Assembly (NCBI GenBank): GCA_022707945.1
Contig: JAKIZQ010000001.1
Coordinates: 3,120-39,094, forward strand
From: Bdellovibrionales bacterium
GTDB taxonomy: Bacteria; Bdellovibrionota; JAFGOL01
Direction: 5' to 3'
DNA length: 35,975 nucleotides
Position 1 is the stretch's first letter. Each line of letters starts with the position of its first letter. The notes under the pieces are model-generated. The model made no database searches. It was not told the DNA's origin and saw nothing but the letters and a program-made list of their open reading frames with translations. The position numbers were made by a program, and so were the translations under genes. This document shows, in pieces, positions 17,598 to 25,798 of this stretch.

Positions 17598-17824
17598 TTT
17601 TTTGATTGTATTAACTCCTTCTTTAAAAGCTTGTTCTGTTCCAGTATGTGCCAATTCTCAGCCCATTGTATTAGGTAAGCAAGAAAGAATATAAAACAGG
17701 CTACTATTATGATCGAATTAACTATTATTATTTTTCTTAATAGTGAAGGTGATAAACTTAAGACCTTCAGCCTTTTTGGACCTTTATAAAAAGATATTAT
17801 TATGTTTTCCATTTCTCTTTTCAT
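17594..17824 (-). CDS. small single-pass membrane protein (76 aa), hypothetical
   Basis: It shares ATGA overlaps at both ends, with the L,D-transpeptidase stop and the bactofilin start. One TM helix is present (IIIVNSIIIVACFIFFLAYLI). Confidence 0.45.
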   Translation of the reverse strand: MKREMENIIISFYKGPKRLKVLSLSPSLLRKIIIVNSIIIVACFIFFLAYLIQWAENWHILEQNKLLKKELIQSKK

Positions 17825-18442
17825 TTTAACTCTTCATACACTATATCTGTTGATTTTTCTAGCCCTCTGCTTATTTTAAATTTTGAGGGCCCATATTGTA
17901 TGGTGATGGAGCCTGTATTGAGTGCCGTCTTTATTTTAACAGTATCCTTGCTGTCAGCTATTATAATTGGTGTTTGCCTTAGTTTGATGAATTTTATTAA
18001 TTTAAGGAGCTTATCATTCTGCATTATGACACAACCTCTTGTAGATGTTTTTGGACCTAGTCTTGTTTGTTCATCTGTGCCATGTATCCATATGCCACTA
18101 CCTGTTCTGCCAGCCTTTATATCTATTGGGATAATTAAGTACTACCGCCATTGGACCATACGTTTCGTCTGGTAATTCATCTATATTCATAAACTTCATG
18201 CCAAAATAAATACCTGTAGGTGTTTTATGATCTCCCTGTTCCTGTTTTGTTCCACCTATTAATCCAAAAGAGGCTGTTCCTTCAAAGAGTATGGTTAAAA
18301 CATTGTTCTTGTTCTCTATTACTTTTATAAAACCATCTTTTTTCGATGCAACGATAGCCCTGTCGCCTTTGGCAAGCTCCAAATTGGCGCTGAAGCCAAA
18401 ACACAAGTTAAAACTTAAGACGGTAAAGATTAATGTACCCAT
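17821..18442 (-). pseudogene. L,D-transpeptidase (YkuD/ErfK/YafK-like) interrupted by a single-base frameshift
   Basis: ORF 18442-18098 gives a signal peptide plus GDHKTPTGIYFG...VVLNYPNRY, then stops. The +1 frame continues KAGRTGSGIWIHGTDEQTRLGPKTSTRGCVIMQNDKLL... (catalytic His and S.GC motif) and runs into ORF 18024-17821. The frames switch at an A3 run (TTT on + at 18116-18118). Confidence 0.7.
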
Positions 18443-18474
18443 TACTTTATTTATGATAGCATTTTTTATAAGTT

Positions 18475-19200
18475 ATGGGCAGAGTTATAATAGTAGGGGA
18501 TGTACATATAGGTGCTAGCGGTGGCCAAAGGCATAAAAGTTTTTCTGCCTTTTTGGATTATGTTAGACTTGAAAAGCCTCAGGCACTGCTTTTGGCAGGC
18601 GATATATTTGAATTCATGTATGGTAGTACAAAATGGAATTCAAAAAAATACCCAGATATTTTTCAAAAGTTAGAACTCTTGCACAAAAATGGTATAAAAA
18701 TATATTACGTGTACGGTAATCATGACTTCTGTTTCCATCCAACCTTTGATTTCATGAATATCTCTGCTGGTTATGAAAAAATAAAGATAGCAGGACGTAA
18801 TTTTTGTTTCAAACATGGCGACGGACTTGATCCAGATGACAAAAAATATATCCTGCTTAAAAAAGTTTTAAGAAGTAAATTTTTCTCTTTAATAGCAAAA
18901 ATTACGCCAGATCTTGTCCTATACTTTCTTGCTAATTTCTTTTCTTCTTTGAGCAGACGGGTTGACCATGACCCTAGAGTACTTGAAAAAAGAGCAAGGA
19001 TATATAAAGAAGTTGCATTAGGCCTTTTAAACAAGGATGGACTTGATGTTGTAGCCTTTGGCCACTCACACGTAGCAGAGTTTTGTCGTATAGGTCATCC
19101 CGGCCGCATATATTTAAATCCTGGTTTTTTTGGGAAAGATTATACCTATGCTGTGATAGAGAATGACAATAGTGTTTATATTGGTGTTTTCAACGAATAG
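18475..19200 (+). CDS. lpxH: UDP-2,3-diacylglucosamine diphosphatase-like metallophosphoesterase
   Basis: 241 aa with the calcineurin-like motifs VGDVHIG, LAGDIFEF, GNHDF and GHSH, arranged and sized as in LpxH. Assignment to LpxH rather than a generic metallophosphoesterase is not certain. Confidence 0.6.
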   Translation: MGRVIIVGDVHIGASGGQRHKSFSAFLDYVRLEKPQALLLAGDIFEFMYGSTKWNSKKYPDIFQKLELLHKNGIKIYYVYGNHDFCFHPTFDFMNISAGYEKIKIAGRNFCFKHGDGLDPDDKKYILLKKVLRSKFFSLIAKITPDLVLYFLANFFSSLSRRVDHDPRVLEKRARIYKEVALGLLNKDGLDVVAFGHSHVAEFCRIGHPGRIYLNPGFFGKDYTYAVIENDNSVYIGVFNE

Positions 19201-19231
19201 TGCTAATATTTTGCTATAGGGGGGATATGAC

Positions 19232-21310
19232 ATGGCAAACTTCGATATCAATACTTTTATAAAAAGTAATCAAAACATTGAAGAGTACAAAGAATTTAAC
19301 TGGGAAGGCAGTTTTCAAGACTATGTTAATATAGTCACTAAGAAACCTCAGGTAACGAGGAATGCCTTTCAGCGTCTATATGATATGGTAAATTCATATG
19401 GTAAAGAAGAATATGTTGAATTTAAAAAGAACATAACTAGATTTAATTTTTTCAAGGATGATGATCACAATGCCGCAGATGCAGTATATGGTCTTGATAT
19501 ATCCCTGATGAAACTTGTAGATATATTTAAAGCAGCATCCCAGGGTTATGGTCCAGAAAAAAGGGTTCTTTTGTTGCATGGCCCAGTAGGTTCTGCAAAA
19601 AGTACTATTGCAAGGTTATTAAAAGAGGGACTAGAAGCTTATTCAAAGAAAGACGATGGAGCTATGTACACTTTTAAGTGGATAGATCCAAATCCACCTG
19701 CAGGCCAAGACAAACTACTTGGTGGAGAAAAGTTTCTTAAATGTCCAATACACGAAGAACCGTTAAAGTTAATACCAGAAGAAATGCGCCCAAAATTCCT
19801 TGCAGAAATAAACAAAGGTAAGAAAACAGATTTTAAGGTCAATATAAAAGGTGATCTTTGCCCAAGCTGTAGATATATATTTAACCAATTAATGATGCGC
19901 TATGACGGTGATTGGACCAAAGTAATGCAACACGTCGTAGTTTATAGGTTAATACTTTCTGAAAAAGACAGGATAGGTATTGGTACTTTCCAACCTAAAG
20001 ATGAGAAGAATCAGGATTCTACAGAATTAACAGGAGATGTTAATTACAGAAAGATAGCTCTTTTTGGTAGTGATTCAGATCCGAGGGCTTTCAACTTTGA
20101 CGGTGAACTTAATATAGGTAACCGTGGTCTTGTTGAGTTTGTAGAGATATTAAAACTTGATGTAGCGTTCCTGTATGACCTGCTTGGTGCAAGTCAGGAA
20201 CACAAAATAAAACCAAAGAAATTTCCGCAAACAGATATAGACCTAGTTATACTTGGTCACACTAACGAGCCTGAGTTCAGAAAACTTCAGAGCAACGAGT
20301 ATATGGAAGCTTTAAGAGACAGGACGCTTAAGATAGATATACCTTATGTTACAAAACTTACAGAAGAGATAAAGATATATAAAAAGGATTTTAATGAGAA
20401 TTCTGTAAGAGGAAAACATATAGCTCCACACACAATAGAGATGGCTGGGATGTGGGCGGTATTAACTAGGCTGGAGCCGCCTAAAAAAGCAAATCTTACT
20501 ATCTTGCAAAAATTAAAACTTTACGACGGAAAGATGGCTCCAGGTTTTACAGAAGAGGACGTAAAGGAATTGAGAAAAGAATCAAGGAGAGAAGGCCTGG
20601 ATGGTATTTCTCCGAGGTATATACAGGACAAGATATCAAACGCACTTGTTTCTGATATCTATGGTGATGTTGGTTGCGTTAACCCGTTCATGGTAATGAA
20701 TGAACTAGAGGGAGGTCTAAAACATCACAACCTTATAGATTCTGAGGAAAAGAAACAGTACTACATGGAACTCTTGGCTATTGTAAAACAGGAATATGAA
20801 GAGCTAGTTAAGAACGAGGTACAGCGAGCTATTTCTGCAGACGATGACGCAATAGCAAGACTATGTTCGAATTACATAGATAATGTTAAGGCTTTTACTA
20901 GAAAAGAAAAAGTAAGGAATAAATATACTGGTGAAAACGAAGAACCAGATGAAAGATTAATGCGTTCAATAGAAGAAAAGATAGATATACCAGACAGCAG
21001 AAAGGACGATTTTAGAAAAGAGATAATGAACTACATCGCGGCACTTGCTTTAGATGGAAAGCAGTTCGACTATAAGACTAATGAGAGGCTGTACAGGGCT
21101 CTTGAACTAAAATTGTTCGAAGATCAAAAGGATACAATAAAACTAACGTCTCTTGTTAGTGGTGTTGTTGATAAAGAAACACAAGAAAAGATAGATATAG
21201 TTAAAGCAAGATTGATAAAGAACTATGGCTATTGCGAGATATGTTCTACTGATGTTCTTAACTTTGTTGCTTCAATATTTGCAAGAGGCGACGTAAGGAA
21301 GGAAAACTAA
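19232..21310 (+). CDS. prkA: PrkA/YeaG family serine protein kinase (AAA+-like)
   Basis: 692 aa with Walker [13 protein letters not shown] and [31 protein letters not shown], typical of PrkA/YeaG. The DUF444 and SpoVR genes follow. Confidence 0.9.
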   Translation: MANFDINTFIKSNQNIEEYKEFNWEGSFQDYVNIVTKKPQVTRNAFQRLYDMVNSYGKEEYVEFKKNITRFNFFKDDDHNAADAVYGLDISLMKLVDIFKAASQGYGPEKRVLLLHGPVGSAKSTIARLLKEGLEAYSKKDDGAMYTFKWIDPNPPAGQDKLLGGEKFLKCPIHEEPLKLIPEEMRPKFLAEINKGKKTDFKVNIKGDLCPSCRYIFNQLMMRYDGDWTKVMQHVVVYRLILSEKDRIGIGTFQPKDEKNQDSTELTGDVNYRKIALFGSDSDPRAFNFDGELNIGNRGLVEFVEILKLDVAFLYDLLGASQEHKIKPKKFPQTDIDLVILGHTNEPEFRKLQSNEYMEALRDRTLKIDIPYVTKLTEEIKIYKKDFNENSVRGKHIAPHTIEMAGMWAVLTRLEPPKKANLTILQKLKLYDGKMAPGFTEEDVKELRKESRREGLDGISPRYIQDKISNALVSDIYGDVGCVNPFMVMNELEGGLKHHNLIDSEEKKQYYMELLAIVKQEYEELVKNEVQRAISADDDAIARLCSNYIDNVKAFTRKEKVRNKYTGENEEPDERLMRSIEEKIDIPDSRKDDFRKEIMNYIAALALDGKQFDYKTNERLYRALELKLFEDQKDTIKLTSLVSGVVDKETQEKIDIVKARLIKNYGYCEICSTDVLNFVASIFARGDVRKEN

Positions 21311-21318
21311 AGAACACC

Positions 21319-22428
21319 ATGGTTTCAAAAATAGAAAGAGATCATGCAAGGTTCCAAGAAATAGTAAAGGGAAAGATTCGTCAGAATCTTAAGGAATACA
21401 TCACTAAGGGAGAAATGATAGGTCGTGTAGGAAAGCATTTTGTAAGTATTCCTGTTCCAAGAATAGACCTTCCCAGATTTAGATATGGGCTTCCAGAGAC
21501 TGGTGGTGTGAGTTCGGGTGACGGTGCAGAAGGAACTCCACTTGGGCCAGCTTATGATCCAGAAGATGGTGGTGGAGAGGCTGGTAACCAACCGGGACAA
21601 CATGAACTTGAAGTTGATATCAGTATAGAAGAACTTGCAAAAATGTTGGGAGAAGAACTGGAACTCCCAAAAATAGAGCCAAAAGGTTCGAGTAAGATGG
21701 AAGCTATGAAAAGAGTTTATAGGGGAGTCCATCTTGTTGGTCCTCGGTCTTTGGTCCATTTTAAAAGAACATATAAAGAAGCATTAAAGAGGCAAATAAT
21801 ATCTGGAGAGTATGATCCAGACGATCCTGTTATAGTGCCAATAAAGAAAGATTTTAGATATAGAGGTTGGAAGGATATAGTTCAGCCTCAATATAATGCA
21901 GTGGTCATATACATGATGGACGTTAGTGGTAGCATGGGTGATGAGCAAAAAGAGATGGTAAGAATAGAATCTTTTTGGATAGATACTTGGTTAAGAAGTC
22001 ATTACAGAGATCTTGAAACAAGGTTTATCGTACATGATGCTTCTGCGAGACTTGTAGATAGAGAAACTTTTTTTAAAACAAAAGAGAGTGGTGGAACACT
22101 GATATCTTCTGCGTATAAACTTTGTGACATACTTATAGATAGAGAATTTCCACCAGATGAGTGGAATGTATATCCTTTCCATTTTTCTGATGGTGATAAC
22201 TGGTCGTCAGAAGATACTCGTGTTTGTGTTGAACTTTTAAGGAACAACATTATCCCAAAGTCAAATATGTTCTGTTATGGACAGGTAACAAGCAGGTATG
22301 GCTCTGGGCAATTCATAAAGGATTTACAAGAGAACTTTAAAGATGACGACAAACTGATACTTTCAACAATAGAGAATAAAGACGGCATACTTAACTCCAT
22401 AAAAGATTTTCTTGGAAAAGGTAAATGA
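21319..22428 (+). CDS. YeaH/YhbH family protein (DUF444, vWA-like)
   Basis: 369 aa. [39 protein letters not shown] (vWA MIDAS-like) and [12 protein letters not shown] are typical of DUF444, the partner of PrkA. Confidence 0.85.
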   Translation: MVSKIERDHARFQEIVKGKIRQNLKEYITKGEMIGRVGKHFVSIPVPRIDLPRFRYGLPETGGVSSGDGAEGTPLGPAYDPEDGGGEAGNQPGQHELEVDISIEELAKMLGEELELPKIEPKGSSKMEAMKRVYRGVHLVGPRSLVHFKRTYKEALKRQIISGEYDPDDPVIVPIKKDFRYRGWKDIVQPQYNAVVIYMMDVSGSMGDEQKEMVRIESFWIDTWLRSHYRDLETRFIVHDASARLVDRETFFKTKESGGTLISSAYKLCDILIDREFPPDEWNVYPFHFSDGDNWSSEDTRVCVELLRNNIIPKSNMFCYGQVTSRYGSGQFIKDLQENFKDDDKLILSTIENKDGILNSIKDFLGKGK

Positions 22429-23939
22429 ACATGATGGTTGGAACAGAACTCACTCCTCAACTACAAAGGATAAATGAACAGGTAAAGAAGTATGCCCTTA
22501 GCTATGGGTTGGATTTTTTTGAAGTTATATTTGAGATGATAGACTATAAACAGGTGAACGAAATAGCTTCACTTGGTGGATTTCCAACAAGATATCCTCA
22601 CTGGCGTTTTGGCATGGAATATGACAGGCTCTCAAAAAGTTATCAGTATGGACTTCATAAGATCTACGAGATGGTCATAAATAATGACCCTTGTTACGCC
22701 TATCTTCTAAGGGCCAACAAACTTATAGATCAGAAACTTGTAATGGCTCACGTTTATGCGCATTGTGATTTTTTTAAATGTAACATGTATTTTGATGGAA
22801 CTAACAGAAAGATGATGGACGAAATGGCAAACCATGCAACAAGGATCCGTCGTTATATGGACAAACATGGTGTTAGTGTTGTTGAGGATTTTATTGATGC
22901 CTGTCTTTCTATAGAGAACCTAATAGATTATCACTATAATCGTGCGGAGCGTCTTTATAAACCAATAGAACAAGAGATAGACGAGGATGATATAGACACA
23001 GAGAACCCTCCACTAAGAGTGCCTAAACTTAAAAGCAAAAATTACATGGATAAATTCATAAATCCTGATTCTTTTATAAAACAACAGTTGAATAAACTCC
23101 TAAAACAGAAAGAAAAAAGTAAGAAGTTTCCTTCAGAAGACGAAAAAGACGTTCTCTTGTTCCTTCAGGAATACGCTCCGTTAAAAAACTGGCAAAGGGA
23201 TGTGCTCTCTATAATCAGAGAAGAATCTTATTATTTTTCTCCTCAGGGACAGACAAAGATAATGAATGAAGGTTGGGCTAGTTATTGGCACTCAAGGATA
23301 ATGACAGAAAAAGCATTAATGGATTCTGAGATAGTTGATTTTGCAGATCATCATAGTGGTACTGTTCATATGAGGCCGGGCACTCTTAATCCTTATAAAC
23401 TTGGTTTGGAACTTTTCAGAGATATAGAGGAGCGATGGGATAAAGGCATGTTCGGTAAAGAGTGGGAAGAATGTAATGATTTTAAAGAAAAGAAGAATTG
23501 GGATAAGAAACTTGGTTTTGGTAGGCAGAAAATATTTGAAGTAAGACGACTTTATAATGATGTAACTTTCATAGACACCTTCCTTACCCCAGAGTTCGCA
23601 CAAAAATTCAAACTTTTCGTTTTTGATGCTAATAAGAAAACTGGCCAGTGGGAAATAGCTAGTCGTGAATTCAAAAAAGTTAAAGACAAACTATTGTTCC
23701 AGCTTACTAATTTTGGTCAACCATTCATCTCTGTTAACGATGGTAATTTTAAAAACAGAGGAGAGTTGTTGCTAGCACACAGACACGAAGGATTTGATCT
23801 CAAGGTTTCTGAAGCCCATCGTACATTAGAGAATGTTTTTAAGATATGGAGACGTACTGTAAATATAAAAACTATCGTCCAGGGTGAGAATAAACTGTTG
23901 AGTTATGACGGAAAAGAACACACCGAATCTCCTTTCTAA
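22425..23939 (+). CDS. spoVR: SpoVR/YcgB family protein
   Basis: 504 aa. [57 protein letters not shown] and LAHRHEG are SpoVR signatures. Its start shares an ATGA overlap with the upstream gene stop. Confidence 0.88.
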   Translation: MNMMVGTELTPQLQRINEQVKKYALSYGLDFFEVIFEMIDYKQVNEIASLGGFPTRYPHWRFGMEYDRLSKSYQYGLHKIYEMVINNDPCYAYLLRANKLIDQKLVMAHVYAHCDFFKCNMYFDGTNRKMMDEMANHATRIRRYMDKHGVSVVEDFIDACLSIENLIDYHYNRAERLYKPIEQEIDEDDIDTENPPLRVPKLKSKNYMDKFINPDSFIKQQLNKLLKQKEKSKKFPSEDEKDVLLFLQEYAPLKNWQRDVLSIIREESYYFSPQGQTKIMNEGWASYWHSRIMTEKALMDSEIVDFADHHSGTVHMRPGTLNPYKLGLELFRDIEERWDKGMFGKEWEECNDFKEKKNWDKKLGFGRQKIFEVRRLYNDVTFIDTFLTPEFAQKFKLFVFDANKKTGQWEIASREFKKVKDKLLFQLTNFGQPFISVNDGNFKNRGELLLAHRHEGFDLKVSEAHRTLENVFKIWRRTVNIKTIVQGENKLLSYDGKEHTESPF

Positions 23940-24075
23940 GACCAAGCTACATTCAAGTCGCTAACATCGTTGGACTCTTGAAGCCTCCTCAACGTACTGT
24001 ATAAGTACGTTTGCGTCGTCTTCTGCGAGTCCGCCTCGTTATCGATCTTGACTGTAGCTTGGTCTAGTTTTTTTT
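23939..24075 (+). terminator. 127-nt imperfect rod hairpin closed by a perfect 13-bp stem and followed by T8. It may be a giant intrinsic terminator of spoVR or a structured RNA/palindromic element.
   Basis: 23939-23951 (AGACCAAGCTACA) pairs perfectly with 24053-24065 (TGTAGCTTGGTCT). The apex is AACGTACT-GTATA-AGTACGTT (23991-24011). The two halves align as a degenerate palindrome (shared TCAAG, TCG, TAAC, GGACTC, GAAG). T8 lies at 24068-24075. Confidence 0.5.
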
Positions 24076-24109
24076 GCATTCAAGTCGATAGCTTTGTTTA
24101 TAACGAGGC

Positions 24110-24296
24110 ATTCAATAATGCTTTTTTATGACTATCTCGGAGTTTTCGGGAAACCATTCTTGTCAGATTTTGCGTAAAAATTGCGTACGAGACCGATGCG
24201 ACGCACGGGGAGACAGCGGCGAGCTAGCAATTTTAGCAAAATGGGACTTAGAATGGTCGAAAACGGAGATCTAGTCATAAAAAAGTATTATTGAAT
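24110..24296. repeat. 187-nt GC-rich imperfect palindrome (about 62 bp of helix). It is a candidate structured sRNA or a MITE/ERIC-like element.
   Basis: Arms 24110-24134 and 24272-24296 pair over 25 bp with one G:T. Inner helices are 24135-38/24266-69, 24142-48/24258-64, 24153-60/24250-57, 24162-64/24245-47, 24167-73/24236-42 and 24177-84/24227-34. The 42-nt apex (24185-24226) is strikingly GC-rich. Confidence 0.5.
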
Positions 24297-24302
24297 AACA
24301 AG

Positions 24303-24971
24303 TTAGGCTGAGCGTTTTTGTTTTTCTTGTTCTTCTTTTTTGATTATTTTAATGAACGCATTAACGACTTTAGGATCGAACTGCGTTCCGCTACATCTTA
24401 TTATTTCGTCAACAGCAACATCTATTGGCATTCCTTTTCTGTATGGTCTATCACTGGTCATGGCATCAAAAGTATCTGCCACGAATATTATTCTTGATAT
24501 TAGAGGGATGTTCTCTTCTTTGAGTCCGTCTGGATAACCAAAACCATCAAAACGTTCATGGTGTGTTCGAACATATTTTTTATATACGTCTAGGTTCTCT
24601 ATGCCCTTTAGCATATCTTCGCCTCTAGTGGAGTGCTCTTGCATTATGGCATATTCTTCTTTTGTAAGACGTCCCGGTTTCTTAAGTATGCGGTCTGGAA
24701 TGCCAATCTTGCCTATGTCATGTAAAACTGCAGCAAGTTCAAGTTCTCTAAGCTGTTCTTTATCAAGTCCTAGCTGTTCACCTATTTTAATTGCATATTC
24801 TACGACCCTTATTGAATGTTCTTGTGTATATTGATCTTTTTCGCGGAGTGCCTTAAGAACTACTTTCACAAGATCATGAAATTGTTCATGATTTTTAACG
24901 GAAAGCTCTGTAATGACGTTATATAGGGTATCTACAAGATTTTTAACCCTTTTTCCGCTCTGCTTTTTCAT
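24303..24971 (-). CDS. HD-GYP domain phosphodiesterase (stand-alone, no sensor/receiver domain)
   Basis: HSIRVVEYA, LHDIGKIGIP and HHERFDGFGYPDGL are HD-GYP signatures. Only about 50 aa precede the catalytic domain. SD AAGGAG is upstream. Confidence 0.9.
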   Translation of the reverse strand: MKKQSGKRVKNLVDTLYNVITELSVKNHEQFHDLVKVVLKALREKDQYTQEHSIRVVEYAIKIGEQLGLDKEQLRELELAAVLHDIGKIGIPDRILKKPGRLTKEEYAIMQEHSTRGEDMLKGIENLDVYKKYVRTHHERFDGFGYPDGLKEENIPLISRIIFVADTFDAMTSDRPYRKGMPIDVAVDEIIRCSGTQFDPKVVNAFIKIIKKEEQEKQKRSA

Positions 24972-25094
24972 GGCAACTCCTTAGCCCATGGCTCTATATT
25001 CTAATGCTATGACAAGCTGGGAATGCTGTCAGGTTAATTTAAAGTTTGGCTGTCAAATAAATGGTGGTGTAAAGCCAGTAAAAGCGCTTGTATC

Positions 25095-25568
25095 ATGGTT
25101 TTTAATATATTAGAATTACCTTTAATGAAGAGAATAAAACGATCTTATTTCCTTATAGATAGGCCTTTTCAAATAAAGTATGCGCTTTTTTTAAGCCTAT
25201 GTGGTGGCTTGGTGGCAGTTCTTTTTGCTTCACACATATTCTACTTTTTGGGTGAATACTTTAGTCTTTTTATGCCTGATTATCAGCATAACCCAACTGC
25301 CATGCAGTTTGTTACAAAAGAGCAGAAGAATATTTTGCTGTATATTTCATTACTAACTCTGTTAGTAATGAGTCTTTTGTTCTTTATAGGGATACTTGTT
25401 ACACACAGAATGGCTGGTCCTGTGATGGTAATTAGAAAAAAACTTGAAGACCTTAGTGGAGATAATTTTTCTGTAAGAGTACGCCTTCGTAAAGGCGACG
25501 AGTTCAAGAACCTTGCTCGCGCCTTTAACGACCTTGCCCAACATTTAGAAAGTAAGAGCAAAAGATAG
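25095..25568 (+). CDS. two-TM membrane protein with a C-terminal HAMP domain and no output domain
   Basis: The TM helices are YALFLSLCGGLVAVLFASHIFYF and LLYISLLTLLVMSLLFFIGILV. The HAMP-like RMAGPVMVIRKKLEDLSGDNFSVRVRLRKGDEFKNLARAFNDLAQHLE follows, and the protein ends 8 aa later. An alternative start is ATG at 25125 (MKRIKRS...). Confidence 0.7.
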   Translation: MVFNILELPLMKRIKRSYFLIDRPFQIKYALFLSLCGGLVAVLFASHIFYFLGEYFSLFMPDYQHNPTAMQFVTKEQKNILLYISLLTLLVMSLLFFIGILVTHRMAGPVMVIRKKLEDLSGDNFSVRVRLRKGDEFKNLARAFNDLAQHLESKSKR

Positions 25569-25574
25569 GGCTTT

Positions 25575-25652
25575 CTACCTTGCGTTCAAAAGTCCGTTGA
25601 TGAGTTTTTGAAAAGCCTTGTGATTTGAAATGTAAGAAATTAAAAATGACAT
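25575..25652 (-). CDS. small ORF (25 aa) with a very strong SD, in a convergent intergenic gap
   Basis: On the minus strand, GGGGAGGTGG (25665-25656) is followed by ATT then ATG (25652). It encodes MSFLISYISNHKAFQKLINGLLNAR and ends at TAG 25577-25575. It is absent from the ORF track because it is under 60 aa. Confidence 0.3.
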   Translation of the reverse strand: MSFLISYISNHKAFQKLINGLLNAR

Positions 25653-25734
25653 AATCCACCTCCCCTTCTTTTTTCTCTATCGAGAACCAGACGAGTTGTG
25701 AACTTTTGATGCTTTTACAATTTAAGAGAACTTT

Positions 25735-25763
25735 ATTCTACATTATAATAACGACGCTGTCAA
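25735..25763 (-). promoter_or_regulatory. near-consensus sigma70 promoter (TTGACA-N17-TAGAAT) facing the 25-aa small ORF
   Basis: On the minus strand, TTGACA lies at 25763-25758, followed by a 17-nt spacer and TAGAAT at 25740-25735. The predicted TSS is near 25728, about 75 nt upstream of the small-ORF ATG. Confidence 0.35.
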
Positions 25764-25798
25764 TATGGATTAAATACTTGACAAATGAGAGTGAACAG

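Noticed and set aside
24118-24294. Short ORFs inside the GC-rich gap (19 aa from 24118, 48 aa from 24128, 32 aa from 24196)
   Set aside because: None has a convincing SD. They overlap each other in different frames, and their sequences simply follow the palindrome arms. RNA or repeat structure explains the region better.
24110-24296. Chromosome dimer resolution (dif) site at a convergent junction
   Set aside because: TTATGAC/GTCATAA in the arms only loosely resembles the XerD half-site. There is no 11-6-11 architecture matching known dif consensus sequences, and the palindrome is far longer than a dif site.
23940-24302. Known housekeeping RNAs (tRNA, tmRNA, RNase P RNA, SRP/4.5S RNA) or a c-di-GMP riboswitch next to the HD-GYP gene
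   Set aside because: None of the signature motifs is present: no GGTTCGAATCC-type T-arm, no GAGGAAAGTCC, and no GGAAGCAGCC SRP domain IV. The fragment GACGCACGGGG only vaguely recalls the GEMM-I core. The region also lies downstream of the HD-GYP gene, not upstream, so a riboswitch role there makes no sense.
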